Assembly (NCBI RefSeq): GCF_035084215.1
Contig: NC_090353.1
Location: 36,580,001-36,644,000 of the forward strand
Length of the DNA: 64,000 bases
Reading direction: 5' to 3'
DNA from: Heptranchias perlo
Taxonomy: Eukaryota
The position numbers and the translations under genes are program-made. Of the stretch, positions 1 to 11,100 are shown piece after piece. The notes below the pieces were generated by a model that saw only the letters and a program-made list of their open reading frames with translations, ran no database searches and had not been told where the DNA came from. Numbering within the stretch: the stretch's first letter is position 1; the number at the start of each line of letters is the position of its first letter.

Positions 1-88
1 TGTACCTGCCCTGGGAGTGTTTGATGGGACCAGTGTAGAGGGAGCTTTACTCTGTATCTAACCCGTGCTGTACCTGCCCTGGGAGTGC
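1..88 (+). repeat. End of a 67-bp-unit satellite array
   Basis: Same unit as 52592-53179. Confidence 0.85.
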
Positions 89-334
89 CTGAGGCTAAAT
101 GTGAAGGGTTCCATTATCAGCACTAACATCCCTCACCTTAAATTCACAAGCACAACTACATCCCATCGCAGGTGCAGACCCGCACCGTATCATCCTGTGA
201 AGGAATCATGAGAACAGACCTGCGTCCCGTCACCGCGCAGGGGAATCGCAGACACAACCCACATGTCGTGTTGCAACATGCCCGAGAGCCAACCTCGACT
301 AAAAAAAGCCAGCAAAACTGCTTCAAGCACTTAC

Positions 335-386
335 TCTGTTCCGATGGGTATTCTCGCGTTGGGAGGTACACAGACGGTCTTCTATT
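335..386 (-). CDS. DDA1: DDA1 (DET1- and DDB1-associated 1) internal coding exon (exon 3)
   Basis: Encodes NRRPSVYLPTREYPSEQ, matching vertebrate DDA1 as I recall it; flanked by a CAG acceptor (389-387) and a GTAAGT donor (334-329); 52 bp. Downstream exons lie left of the window. Confidence 0.93.
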
Positions 387-969
387 CTGCAAGAAAATAT
401 TGTACATTTATCACGCTTCACTAGAAACATACAGGATTTTAAAATTCAGCAGTTCTTGTACTCTAGGGTTAATTACTTTACGTGACAATTAAATGTGGGA
501 TCATCTGGCGAATACAGATTCCCATCACTAAAGTCTACGCTCGTTTGATGGGGTACATGATCCACCAACATTCCAACCTTTAATATATACCCCTACGTAC
601 ATGAAGCTGTTGCTACAGCACTCCTGACAGGCCCGTACACCTCTCTCTCCTCCTTTAAGATCTTCCTTAAAACCCCCCTCTTTGACCAGGCTCTTGGTCA
701 CCTGTCCTAATATCTCCTTTGGCTCGGCATTCAGTTTCTGTCTGATTACGCCTCTGTGAAGCACCTGGGGATGTTTTTCTACATTAAAGATGGACACAGA
801 ACAAAAGCCACGCGAGTCCCCACTGACTTTTTGGAGAACAGGACTGAGCATCAGTCGTTGGTGCGCACGTTTAGAGCATTTCATGGCAGCGAGTTACACG
901 GGGCATTGATGAGGCCCTGGGACCGGGCTGCTGAACCTTGCCATCCCCCTCTGCCTGGGCACAGGCAGA

Positions 970-1665
970 CTTAAAGAGCAGAAACTGGGGGTATACAAGC
1001 ACAAATCGTTGAAGGTGGCAGGGCAGGAGAAAGCGGTTAAAAAAGCATACGGGATCCTGGGCTTTATAAATAGAGGCACAGAGTACAAAAGTATGGAAGT
1101 CATGATGAACCTTTATAAAACACTGGTTCGACCACAACTGGAGTATTGTGTCCAGTTCTGGCACGGCTCTTCAGGAAAGATGTGAATTCCTTAGAGAGAG
1201 TGCAGAAAAGATTTACTAGAATGATTCCAGGGATGAGAGACTTTAGTTACGTGGATAGACTGGAGAAGCTGGGGTTGTTCTTGGAAGAGAGACGGCTGCG
1301 AGGAGATTTGATAGATATTCAAAATCGTGAAAAATGAGAAACTGTTCCCATTGGCAGAAAGACAAGAACCAGAGGACACAGATTTAAGGTGATTGGCAAA
1401 AGAACCAAAGGTGACATGAGGAAAAACTTTTTTTACACAGCGAGTGGTTAGGATCTGGAATGCACTGCCCGAGCGGGTGGTGGAGGCAGATTCAATCGTG
1501 GCCTTCTAAAGGGAACTGGTTAAGTACTTGAAAAGAAAAAAATTTGCAGGGCTACGGGGATAGGGCGGGGGAGTGGAACTAGCTGGACTGCCCTTGCATA
1601 GAGCCGGCGCAGACTCGATGGGCCGAATGGCCTCCTTCCATGCTGTAACCTTTCTATGATTCTAA
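970..1665 (+). mobile_element. CR1 LINE 3' fragment
   Basis: LYKTLVRPQLEYCVQFW, FFTQRVVRIWN, (ATTCT/ATGATTCT) tail; frameshifted. Confidence 0.9.
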
Positions 1666-1956
1666 ACAGAAATTAAATCGAAAGCATCTGCAGGACATGA
1701 TTAATGGACTGGGTGAGACTGGGAAACAGGCTCCAGCCCGTCCTGCATGGTTGCAGAGAGGATGCTAAATATTTACGTGCAATCAGTAGTTATTCAATCA
1801 GATTATCGTACAATTTAAAGACTTCCTTCAATCGATCCCCAGTCTGGTTATGGTTCTGCTGTTGCCATTTACAGCTCCTCTAGACCAACCTTTTGTTTCT
1901 TAACTTGTCCCATTCCCGCCCTCCTTGCCTCGTACCATCATCCCTTTTGCCATTTA

Positions 1957-2156
1957 NNNNNNNNNNNNNNNNNNNNNNNNNNNNNNNNNNNNNNNNNNNN
2001 NNNNNNNNNNNNNNNNNNNNNNNNNNNNNNNNNNNNNNNNNNNNNNNNNNNNNNNNNNNNNNNNNNNNNNNNNNNNNNNNNNNNNNNNNNNNNNNNNNNN
2101 NNNNNNNNNNNNNNNNNNNNNNNNNNNNNNNNNNNNNNNNNNNNNNNNNNNNNNNN
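1957..2156. other. Assembly gap (200 N)
   Basis: Run of N next to a C-rich minisatellite. Confidence 0.99.
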
Positions 2157-3630
2157 TCCTCACTTGCCCCCCAACATTCCCCCTCCCCCGCCCCCCAACA
2201 TTCCCCCCTCCCCCCGCCCCCCAACATTCCCCCCCTCCCCCTCACTCGCCCCCCCAACATTCCCCCCTCCCCCTCACTCGCCCCCCCAACATTCCCCTCT
2301 CCCCTCACTCGCCCCCCCCAACATTCCCCCCTCACTCGCCCCCCCCAACATTCCCCCCTCACTCGCCCCCCCCAACATTCCCCCCTCACTACGCCCCCCC
2401 CAACATTCCCCCTCTCACTCGCCCCCCCCCCAACATTCCCCCTCCCCCAACCATTCCCCCCTCCCCCCCCCAACATTCCCCCCCTCCCCTCACTCGCCCC
2501 CCCAACATTCCCCCCCTCCCCTCACTCGCCCCCCAACATTCCCCCCTCCCCCTCACTCGCCCCCCCAACATTCCCCCCTCACTCGCCCCCCCAACATTCC
2601 CCCCTCACTCGCCCCCCAACATTCCCCCCTCCCCCGACCCCCAACATTCCCCCCTCCCCCGACCCCCAACATTCCCCCCCTCCCCCGACCCCCAACATTC
2701 CCCCCTCCCCCGACCCCCAACATTCCCCCCTCCCCCGACCCCCAACATTCCCCCCTCCCCCGACCCCCAACATTCCCCCCCTCCCCCCTCACTCGCACCC
2801 CCCAACATTCCCCCCTCCCCCCTCACTCGCCCCCCCAACATTCCCCCCTCCCCCTCACTCGCCCCCCCAACATTCCCCCCTCCCCCCGACCCCCAACATT
2901 CTCCCCTCCCCCTCACTCGCCCCCCCCCAACATTCCCCCTCCCCCTCACTCGCCCCCCCCAACATTCCCCCCTCCCCCTCACTCGCCCCCCCAACATTCC
3001 CCCCTCCCCCTCACTCGCCCCCCCCCCAAAATTCCCCCCTCCCCCTCACTCGCCCCCCCCCCAACATTCCCCCCTCCCCCTCACTCGCCCCCCCCCAACA
3101 TTCCCCCCTCCACTCACTCGCACCCCCCAACATTCCCCCCCCTCCCCCGCCCCCCCCCCCAACATTCCCCCCTCCCCCGCCCCCCCCCCAACATTCCCCC
3201 CCCTCCCCCCCCAACATTCCCCCCTCCCCCCCAACATTCCCCCCTCCCCCAACATTCCCCCCTCCCCCTCGCTCGCCCCCCCAACATTCCCCCCTCCCCC
3301 TCGCTCGCCCCCCCCAACATTCCCCCCTCCCCCTCGCTCGCCCCCCCCAACATTCCCCCCTCCCCCTCGCTCGCCCCCCCCCAACATTCCCCCCTCCCCC
3401 TCACTCGCCCCCCCCCCAACATTCCCCCCTCCCCCTCACTCGCCCCCCCAACATTCCCCCCTCCCCCTCACTCGCCCCCCAACATTCCCCCCTCACTCGC
3501 CCCCCAACATTCCCCCTCCCCCTCACTCGCCCCCCCCAACATTCCCCCCCTCCCCCTCACTCGCCCCCCAACATTCCCCCCTCCCCCCTCACTCGCCCCA
3601 ACATTCCCCCCTCCCCCTCACTCGCCCCAC
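2157..3630. repeat. C-rich minisatellite, about 30-bp variable unit
   Basis: CCCCCAACATTCCCCCCTCCCCCTCACTCG variants. Confidence 0.95.
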
Positions 3631-3699
3631 CCCCCAATGGCCCCACCCCCACCCTATACTCACCCCTCCCCCTCTCTCGGGCCCGCTCCCCTTGTTCCC

Positions 3700-4280
3700 A
3701 GGCCCTCTTCCCCCAGCCTTGCCTTCCTCCGCCTCGGTGGTGGGGGGGGGGCGGGGGCGGGGGGCGGGGTGAAGGGCCCACAACCCATCCTAACCTGTTC
3801 GCCGGCCCCCATCTCCGCGCCGCCCGGGCTCCCGCTCCCGCTCCCCGCACCTCCCTCACTCACCATCTTGCCCAGCTCCGCATCACTCTGCGCCTTCACC
3901 CAAACCTGCTCCCCCGCGCGGGCCCGCCCCCCGCCGCCGCGCATTGGTCCGCGCGCAGCAGGCGGCCATAACGCGCTGGCTGAATGGACGCCGTTCCCGT
4001 CAATCAATCCCGTCCTTCCGGCCGCCGGGTTCGGTTGCGCCGGCCCGTTGGCGTCGGCGCCGGACCACGTGACCAGACGGCGCCCGCCCATTGGTGGCGT
4101 CGCGGGGCAGGTTGGGAGCTGTAGTTCCTGCCGGCGGAGGAAGCTTCCGGTCAGAACGGGGAGGTGCCCGGAAATTAAACTACAACTCCCAGTGTGCACC
4201 GCGGGCCATCACGCACCCTGACCCCAAGCAGACACAAGGCTGAGTCTATTGCTGGGATGTGGTGGGAGCTGTAGTCCTTC
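3700..4280 (-). promoter_or_regulatory. CpG-island promoter of DDA1 with three ZNF143/SBS (ACTACAnnTCCCA) motifs, E-box, CCAAT and ETS sites
   Basis: CpG-rich; TGGGAGCTGTAGT at 4113-4125 and 4263-4275, ACTACAACTCCCAG at 4179-4192, CACGTG at 4066-4071, ATTGG near 3943 and 4090, CCGGAA cores. Confidence 0.8.
3864..3866 (-). CDS. DDA1: DDA1 exon 1 coding part (start ATG only)
   Basis: GGCAAG-ATG followed at once by a GTGAGT donor (3863-3858), at the edge of a CpG island; fits the ATG-only first coding exon I recall for DDA1. Confidence 0.75.
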
Positions 4281-5245
4281 AGGAGATTGTGCCCACAAAC
4301 ATGGAAACTCAGTCCTCACTCATCTATCTATTTATTTGCTTATTAATTTCTATTGCATTTTTCAGAATGCAATTAATTTTTTTTTTGCTGCTCTTTTTTT
4401 TACAGTCAGCAGGCTGGGATGCCCCAGCCATTGTCTGGATTGTCCTGAGAGTCTCCAGGAATTAAAACCTCCCTGACAGTGCTGCCAGCAAATACCTAGC
4501 AGAAAAAAATCATAGGGGTGTTAAAAAAAATCACAGGGGTGTTAAAAAAAAATCACAGAGATGGGGTTGGGCGGGGGGCGGGGGAAGAGAAAGGGTTTTT
4601 GACCGGTAGTCAGTAATCATCCGACCGTGTAACAAAGCAGTTTGCTGTCCAGTTGGCCGTAGGAAGGCAGGTGTCGCTTGACCAATGGGTGAGGGTGGGA
4701 GGTCAAGTGAGCAAACTTCCCAGACTACGTTCATAACAAAAAAGGAATTGGCAACCCTAGGTCAGAAGATAAATACAGATAAGTAAGCCTACTTGGCCGA
4801 TCCTTCTTCATATTAGTTTGGCGGAAGTCACGATCAAACTTTATATAACTCTAGTCTGACTGCAACTACAGTGTCCAGTTCTGGTCAATGAGACACAACA
4901 GAGACATCCAAGCATTGGAGGCCGTGCAGAGCAAAGCCACAAGACTGACATCTGCATTCACGTAATGCCTGTCACGTCCTCAGGACATCCCAGAGCGATT
5001 CACTGTAAATTTAATTACTTTTGAGGTACTGTGGTTACGTGGGCACTAAGGTGTCAGCATAGATTGTGCAGTGCCCTGAAGTGGGGCTTGAACCTACAAC
5101 CTTCTGACTCAAAAGCAAGAGTGCTACAACTGAGCCCTGGTGTAAGGGCTCTGAATTATAAGACTGGAGAAACCCAGACTTTTTTGGCACTTGAGAAATG
5201 ATCTTATAGAGGTATCTAAAGAACAAAACATTTATGTAGGAGTTT

Positions 5246-5787
5246 TCACGACCTCAGGATGTCCCAAAGCATTTCACAGTAAATACTCCAATTCTTGAAG
5301 TTATAATGCAAACACAGCAGCCAATTGGAACACAGCAAGGTCCAACAGCCAGCCATGAGATAAATGACTAGATAATGTTTTAGTGATGTTGTTTGAAGGG
5401 TAAATGTTGGCCCCAGGACACAAGGAGAACTCCCCTGCTCTTCTTTGAATACTACCATGGGATCTTTGACATCCACCTGAGAGGGCAGATGGAGTCTCAG
5501 TTTAACTTCTCATCCGAAAGATGGCACCTCCGACAGTGCAGCGCTCCCTCAGTACTGTCCCTCTGACAGTGCAGCGCTCCCTCAGTACTGTCCCTCCGAC
5601 AGTGCAGCGCTCCCTCAGTACTGTCCCTCCGACAGTGCAGCGCTCCCTCAGTACTGTCCCTCCGACAGTGCAGCGCTCCCTCAGTACTGTCCCTCCGACA
5701 GTGCAGCGCTCCCTCAGTACTGTCCCTCCGACAGTGCAGCGCTCCCTCAGTACTGTCCCTCCAACAGTGCAGCGCTCCCTCAGTACG
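5246..5787 (-). mobile_element. Deu-domain SINE (SacSINE1-like) with an internal 33-bp tandem expansion
   Basis: Deu core TTTCGGATGAG...AAGATCCCATGG...TGTCCTGG; about 8 copies of CTCCGACAGTGCAGCGCTCCCTCAGTACTGTCC at 5527-5787. Confidence 0.8.
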
Positions 5788-7628
5788 CTTATAAACAAAA
5801 AAGTTCAAAGAAAATGAAAAAACACATTTTTTTGATGCCCCCATGATTTTTCTCCCTGGGTTTTTGCTCCCAGCAGTGTCCTGGAGATTAATCTTTCATT
5901 CCTGGTGACTCCAGGGAAATCCTACTTTGAGGAGCATAACTTCCTCAATCAAGTGGCCATTCTTGAAATCTCACCATAGCCTCACCGCACCTTGTCTCTG
6001 GGACCTCCTCCAATGTTCCCTCCCCTCCCACAGCCTTCAGTTCCTCTACTTCTGGGCTCCACCACCATTGCTGCCAAAGTCCAGCAGGAGAAATCAATCT
6101 CACAGGCCAAGCATTGAAAGTGGTTGTGAAATTACACAGCAACAAGCAGCAAGTCAAGTAGAACAGGGGAAGCTAGATAAACACGAGGGAGAAAGGAATA
6201 GAACGATATTGCTGATAGGGTGAGATGAAGAGGGGTAGGAGGAGGCTCGCAGAACATAAACTCTGCCATAGACCAGTTGGCCTGTTTTTGTGCTGTACAT
6301 TCTACGCAACATTAAAGATTCAGAAAATCCTTCCAGTAGCTTTATTTTTTTGTAAAGCAAACAGAAATTGGCAATAATTGTTTTGCTTCAGTGCAGGTTT
6401 TCTCGAAACAATTTGCTGGCCAGTGTTGTCAGTGAATAAGAGCTGTATTTACACTGCTTGTTATGTATTTGAAGCCTCTCAAAGCTCTTCACATCTAAAG
6501 AATTACTCTGAAGTGCAAGGACTTTGGTAAACACAGCAGCCATTATGCACAGTAATGTCACACAAACATATCAGGATCAATCATCCCTCGATCTTGCGTT
6601 TTGGTGGAGGGTTGGAAAATAGCAGAATTCCCTGCTCTTCTTCCAACAATTCCATGGGATCTTTAACATCGGAATGGGCAGACTCTATCCTGGTTTAACG
6701 TCTCGTCCTAAAGACGGCACCTCTGGCGATGCAGCGCTCCCTCGTTACTGCACGCAGTTTGAGCCCAGGTTAAGCGCTCAAGTCTCTGGAGTGGGACTTG
6801 GAGCCAAAAATTTCTAATGCAACGACGCCATAGCTACAAACCAGGCCGAGGAGGCCTTTCCATCTGGTGGCAAGAGCTTCATCTCGTCAGTGTAAAAGAG
6901 CAGTTTGTAGCCGGCCAGCAAGTGAAGAGTCTCCGGTCTCAAGTCACGGCCCAACCTCAAAGTGTGACAGCGAAAAAGATGTTTCAGTGCACAAGCACCC
7001 ACTGCAGCACAAAAAGACACTTCTAGTCAAGGCCAGAATGGGCTGGAGATACAGGATTTGACACCTATATAAAAGTGCTTTACAGACAATGAAGTACTTT
7101 TTTTTTGAAGTGTAGTCACTGTTGTAATGTGGGGAAATGTGACAGCTATTTTGCGCACAGCAAGATCCAACAAACAGCCATGTGATAATGACCAGATAAT
7201 CTGTTTTTAGTGATACTGGTTGAGGGATAAATATTGACCAGGACACCAGGGAGAATTCCCCCAGCTCTTCTTCCAATGATGCTGTAGTTACAGGTCTGTC
7301 ACTGTATAACACTGGGGTACAGTACAGGTCATGGGCAAATATGAGATAGTCATTCTGCGCATCGCATACTGAAATATATTGACTTCTGCAAATTTTTCCT
7401 GTAATGTTTCGGTACCAATTTACTAAGTAAGACCAGCAGCAACCCTGCTGAGTTATGCGGTCGGCCGATTTCACAAAGAAAGTGGCAGCAGTTGTCAATG
7501 GCTGAACGGGGAGTGTTAAACCCATGAGATCATCAGCAGGAGAGTCCACTCAGTGCCGCAGGGGAGAAACGGCCCGAGGACAAAGCTGAACATGGATTAT
7601 TGACGATTCAGCTCAAGGAACATTCAGG

Positions 7629-7634
7629 TTTATT
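7629..7634 (-). terminator. Candidate poly(A) signal of BABAM1
   Basis: AATAAA on the minus strand about 300 nt after the stop codon. Confidence 0.45.
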
Positions 7635-7929
7635 AAAGGAGCTGAGTTACTCTCGGAGTAAAATGCTTGCAGATTAACTCGAAACAAAGCCGTGCATACA
7701 CGCTGACCCACAAGGAGAACAGATCGAGTGGACTTTCCCAGCCCCAGAGCTACAAATGAACATTCAGTCACCACCCCCCCCGCCCCCGCTTGCTGCAGGG
7801 GAGGAATCGGTATGGAGATAGTTTTTTTTGCAATCCAGTCTTGGACCCCTTCGCTGCACCTGCTCAAAGTTTACAGAATCGAGAAAGAGGGGAGGATTTT
7901 AATCCGCTTCCCTCGCCAACGTCCTGCCA

Positions 7930-8133
7930 TCAAACGGTCGCTTCCACTTCCACTCCTTCCTCCCCGTCCTCCAGCAGGCTATAAACCGCGTGCATCTGGA
8001 TCGGTCTCTGCAACGGATGTGCCAGTAACTTCGCCATACAGTTATGCAGCTCCACAGCCTGCCCGGTCAGTGAGACGTCGTACTTGTAGCTCATCCCCTT
8101 GGTGTCCAAGTTATTGAAAAATGAGTAAGTTTC
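7930..8133 (-). CDS. BABAM1: BABAM1 last coding exon
   Basis: ETYSFFNNLDTKGMSYKYDVSLTGQAVELHNCMAKLLAHPLQRPIQMHAVYSLLEDGEEGVEVEATV-TGA; TAG acceptor. Confidence 0.96.
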   Translation of the reverse strand, partial: ETYSFFNNLDTKGMSYKYDVSLTGQAVELHNCMAKLLAHPLQRPIQMHAVYSLLEDGEEGVEVEATV

Positions 8134-11100
8134 CTATAAAAACAAAACAAAAATAAAATATACAGTTGAAAATCTGTTTTAAAAAAGGTGACAATTTTAT
8201 TGTATGGGATTATATTTCCTGGTCCCCTTTATCACCTTGGCCTCAAAATCAGAAGGCCGTGGGTTCGAGCCCCGCTCCAGAGACTTGAGGACATAATCCA
8301 GGCCGACACTCCCAGTGCCAGTACTGAGGGAGTGCTGCACTGTCGGAGGTGCCGTCTTTTGAACGAAACGTTAAACTGAGACCCTGTCTGCCCTCTCAGG
8401 TGGAGGTAAAAGATCCCACAGCCACTATTTCAAAGAAGAGCAGGGCAGTTCTCCCCGGTGTCCTGGCCAATATTTATCCCTCAACCAATGTCACTAAAAA
8501 GAAATTATCGGGTCATTCTTGCATTACTGTGTGCACAGTGACCCACCGAGGCAGAGGCCGACCTACCTTGCAGCCAGAGTCTTCGTCCATTTCCTCAGTC
8601 CCGTTGTGGATATAAATCACGTCAAAGAAAAAATAAGGAGACTGCAGAATTTTCTGAGGAGAGAAGTGAAGAAGAGACAGGAGTTAGGCGGTGCATCGAG
8701 TGAAGCAGGAGCTACATGCCATGCAGGGTAACGATCTGTGTGTTTAGCAGTCCTACACCATGTGCTTTTTAGCAGAAGTTATACTTATAGAATATTTAAC
8801 CCAGTGAAACCGCCCTTCACAAAAGGAGAGAGGTGTGGACACTGAGCACAAACTGGGAACAAGGGACTGGAGAGGGCCAAAAACTGATGGATTTTTGTTA
8901 GGTAAGGGGTACGGAACCAAGGCGGGTATTGTGATGATATATGGATAATCCACGATCTAATGGAATGGCGGAACAGACCGGAGAGGCTGAATGGCCTCCG
9001 CCTGTTCCTATGAACAGTTGAAAAGGCAGGTTCTTAAGAGGTGGAGAGAGATACAGTAACATGAAGGAGCTAGGAAGAGAAGTACAGAGGGCCGGGCTAA
9101 AGGCTGTGTTGCTTTTGGTGGACTGGCAGGGGTGGGGGGGGGGGGGTGGGAAAGGCACACAGGGGTCCCGACTAGGAGCAGCGGAGGGCACCAGGCAGGA
9201 CACAGGGTTGGGGGGTGGGGGGCAGAGATGTGGAGGGACAAGCCTATGGAGGGATCGGAAACTAGGGCTTATTTCTTTAAATCCAGTGCACTGAGGGACG
9301 GGGAATCACGGGATGTGGACTGGCGGGCAGGGCTGAACGCAGGCAGCGGAGTCCTCAGGTGAGCTGGGAGTCTGCCCAGGAAGGCCAACCAAGAGGTCAA
9401 GATCACAGGTCAGTGTTGAGGTCCGCTGGCTCCCGTTTCCTAAGCCTTTGACTTTTGTCCTCCCAGGCTGGTGTTGCGGAAAACAGATGCTCAAACTACA
9501 CAGATTAGCCAGGCAATGCTTGGAGTGATGGGCTGTGGGGAGAGGGCCATCAGACTGCCCAGGGCAGCTACAGATTTATTATTGAATGCAAGAAATGTTT
9601 GGAACAGAAAAAGCCCATTTAGCCCAACAAGCCCACCTCCCCAATCATATTCCCTCCATTCCCACCTCCCCCATCATATTCCCTCCATTCCCACCTCCCC
9701 CATCATATTCCCTCCATTCCCACCTCCCCCATCATATTCCCTCCATTCCCACCTCCCCCATCATATTCCCTCCATTCCCACCTCCCCCATCATATTCCCT
9801 CCATTCCCACCTCCCCCATCATATTCCCTCCATTCCCACCTCCCCCATCATATTCCCTCCATTCCCACCTCCCCCATCATATTCCCTCCATTCCCACCTC
9901 CCCCATCATATTCCCTCCATTCCCACCTCCCCCATCATATTCCCTCCATTCCCACCTCCCCCATCATATTCCCTCCATTCCCACCTCCCCCATCATATTC
10001 CCTCCATTCCCACCTCCCCCATCATATTCCCTCCATTCCCACCTCCCCCATCATATTCCCTCCATTCCCACCTCCCCCATCATATTCCCTCCATTCCCAC
10101 CTCCCCCATCATATTCCCTCCATTCCCACCTCCCATCATATTCCCTCCATTCCCATCATATTCCCCCCATTCCCACCTCCCCCATCATATCCCCCAATCC
10201 CTTCTTCCTCCAGAAACACATCATTGCTTCTTCATCCGATACCGCCCACTTCAACCGCCTTCTCTGTTAACATTCTACAAATCGATTAAAAAGTTGCACC
10301 TTTCTTTGCCAACCTACTAATCGTGCCCCCCTGGGATTTGAGCCCATCACCACAATACAATTTCCAAACAGCGGAGCCTCCAGTGGCTCAGTGGTTAAAT
10401 ACGCTGCCTGTGTTTGATTCCCGACCTGCACCGAGTTAGCTGATTTCAGCTGGGCAGCGAGAGGGCTAAAATTGGCCTCAGTGCCCCGGGTCAGCGAAGG
10501 GAAAATCATCTAGGGCTCCTCCTGCTCACTACCCGGTGCCTCTTGCTGGGAATGAGGTGTGTGGCTGTTGGCCGAGGACAGGATCAGCCTAGGCTCTGAT
10601 CTCCACTCCCCATCCCCTTACCCCCCCTCTGAGGTTTCAACTCCAGATGGACACTCGCTGTCTAGAAAGAACTTGCATTTATATAGCACCTTTCACGACC
10701 TCAAGGTCTCCCAAAGCATTTTACAGCCAATGAAGTACTTTTTGAAGTGTAGTCACTGTTGTAATGTAGGGAAACACAGCAGCCAATTTGCGCACAGCAA
10801 GATCCCACAAACAGCAATGTGATAAATGACCAGATATTGTGTTTTCTTCTCTGGGCTCATGCATGAAGAATGGTCATTTGGGTGATGTACCAGAGGCCGG
10901 GCAGCGGTTAGGTGAGGAGGGAGGGGAGAGCAAGGTTCAAGCAGTAAGTGAAATATCAACCTACTCACATTGAGGCGTTCTGTCGAGACCAACTGTGGAT
11001 GGCAGGGTGTACGAATGTAGACCAGTATCATCCGTACAATGTACGGCGGTGGGATGATCTGAACATTTTCTGTTACTGGCAGTTCAATCTTCTGTTGTCT

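Noticed and set aside
1893-4221. 600-690 aa proline-rich (extensin-like) ORFs
   Set aside because: Open in all three frames because they translate a C-rich minisatellite and an N gap inside DDA1 intron 1.
9471-10320. 272/244 aa His/Pro-rich ORFs
   Set aside because: Translations of the 29-bp minisatellite in BABAM1 intron 6.
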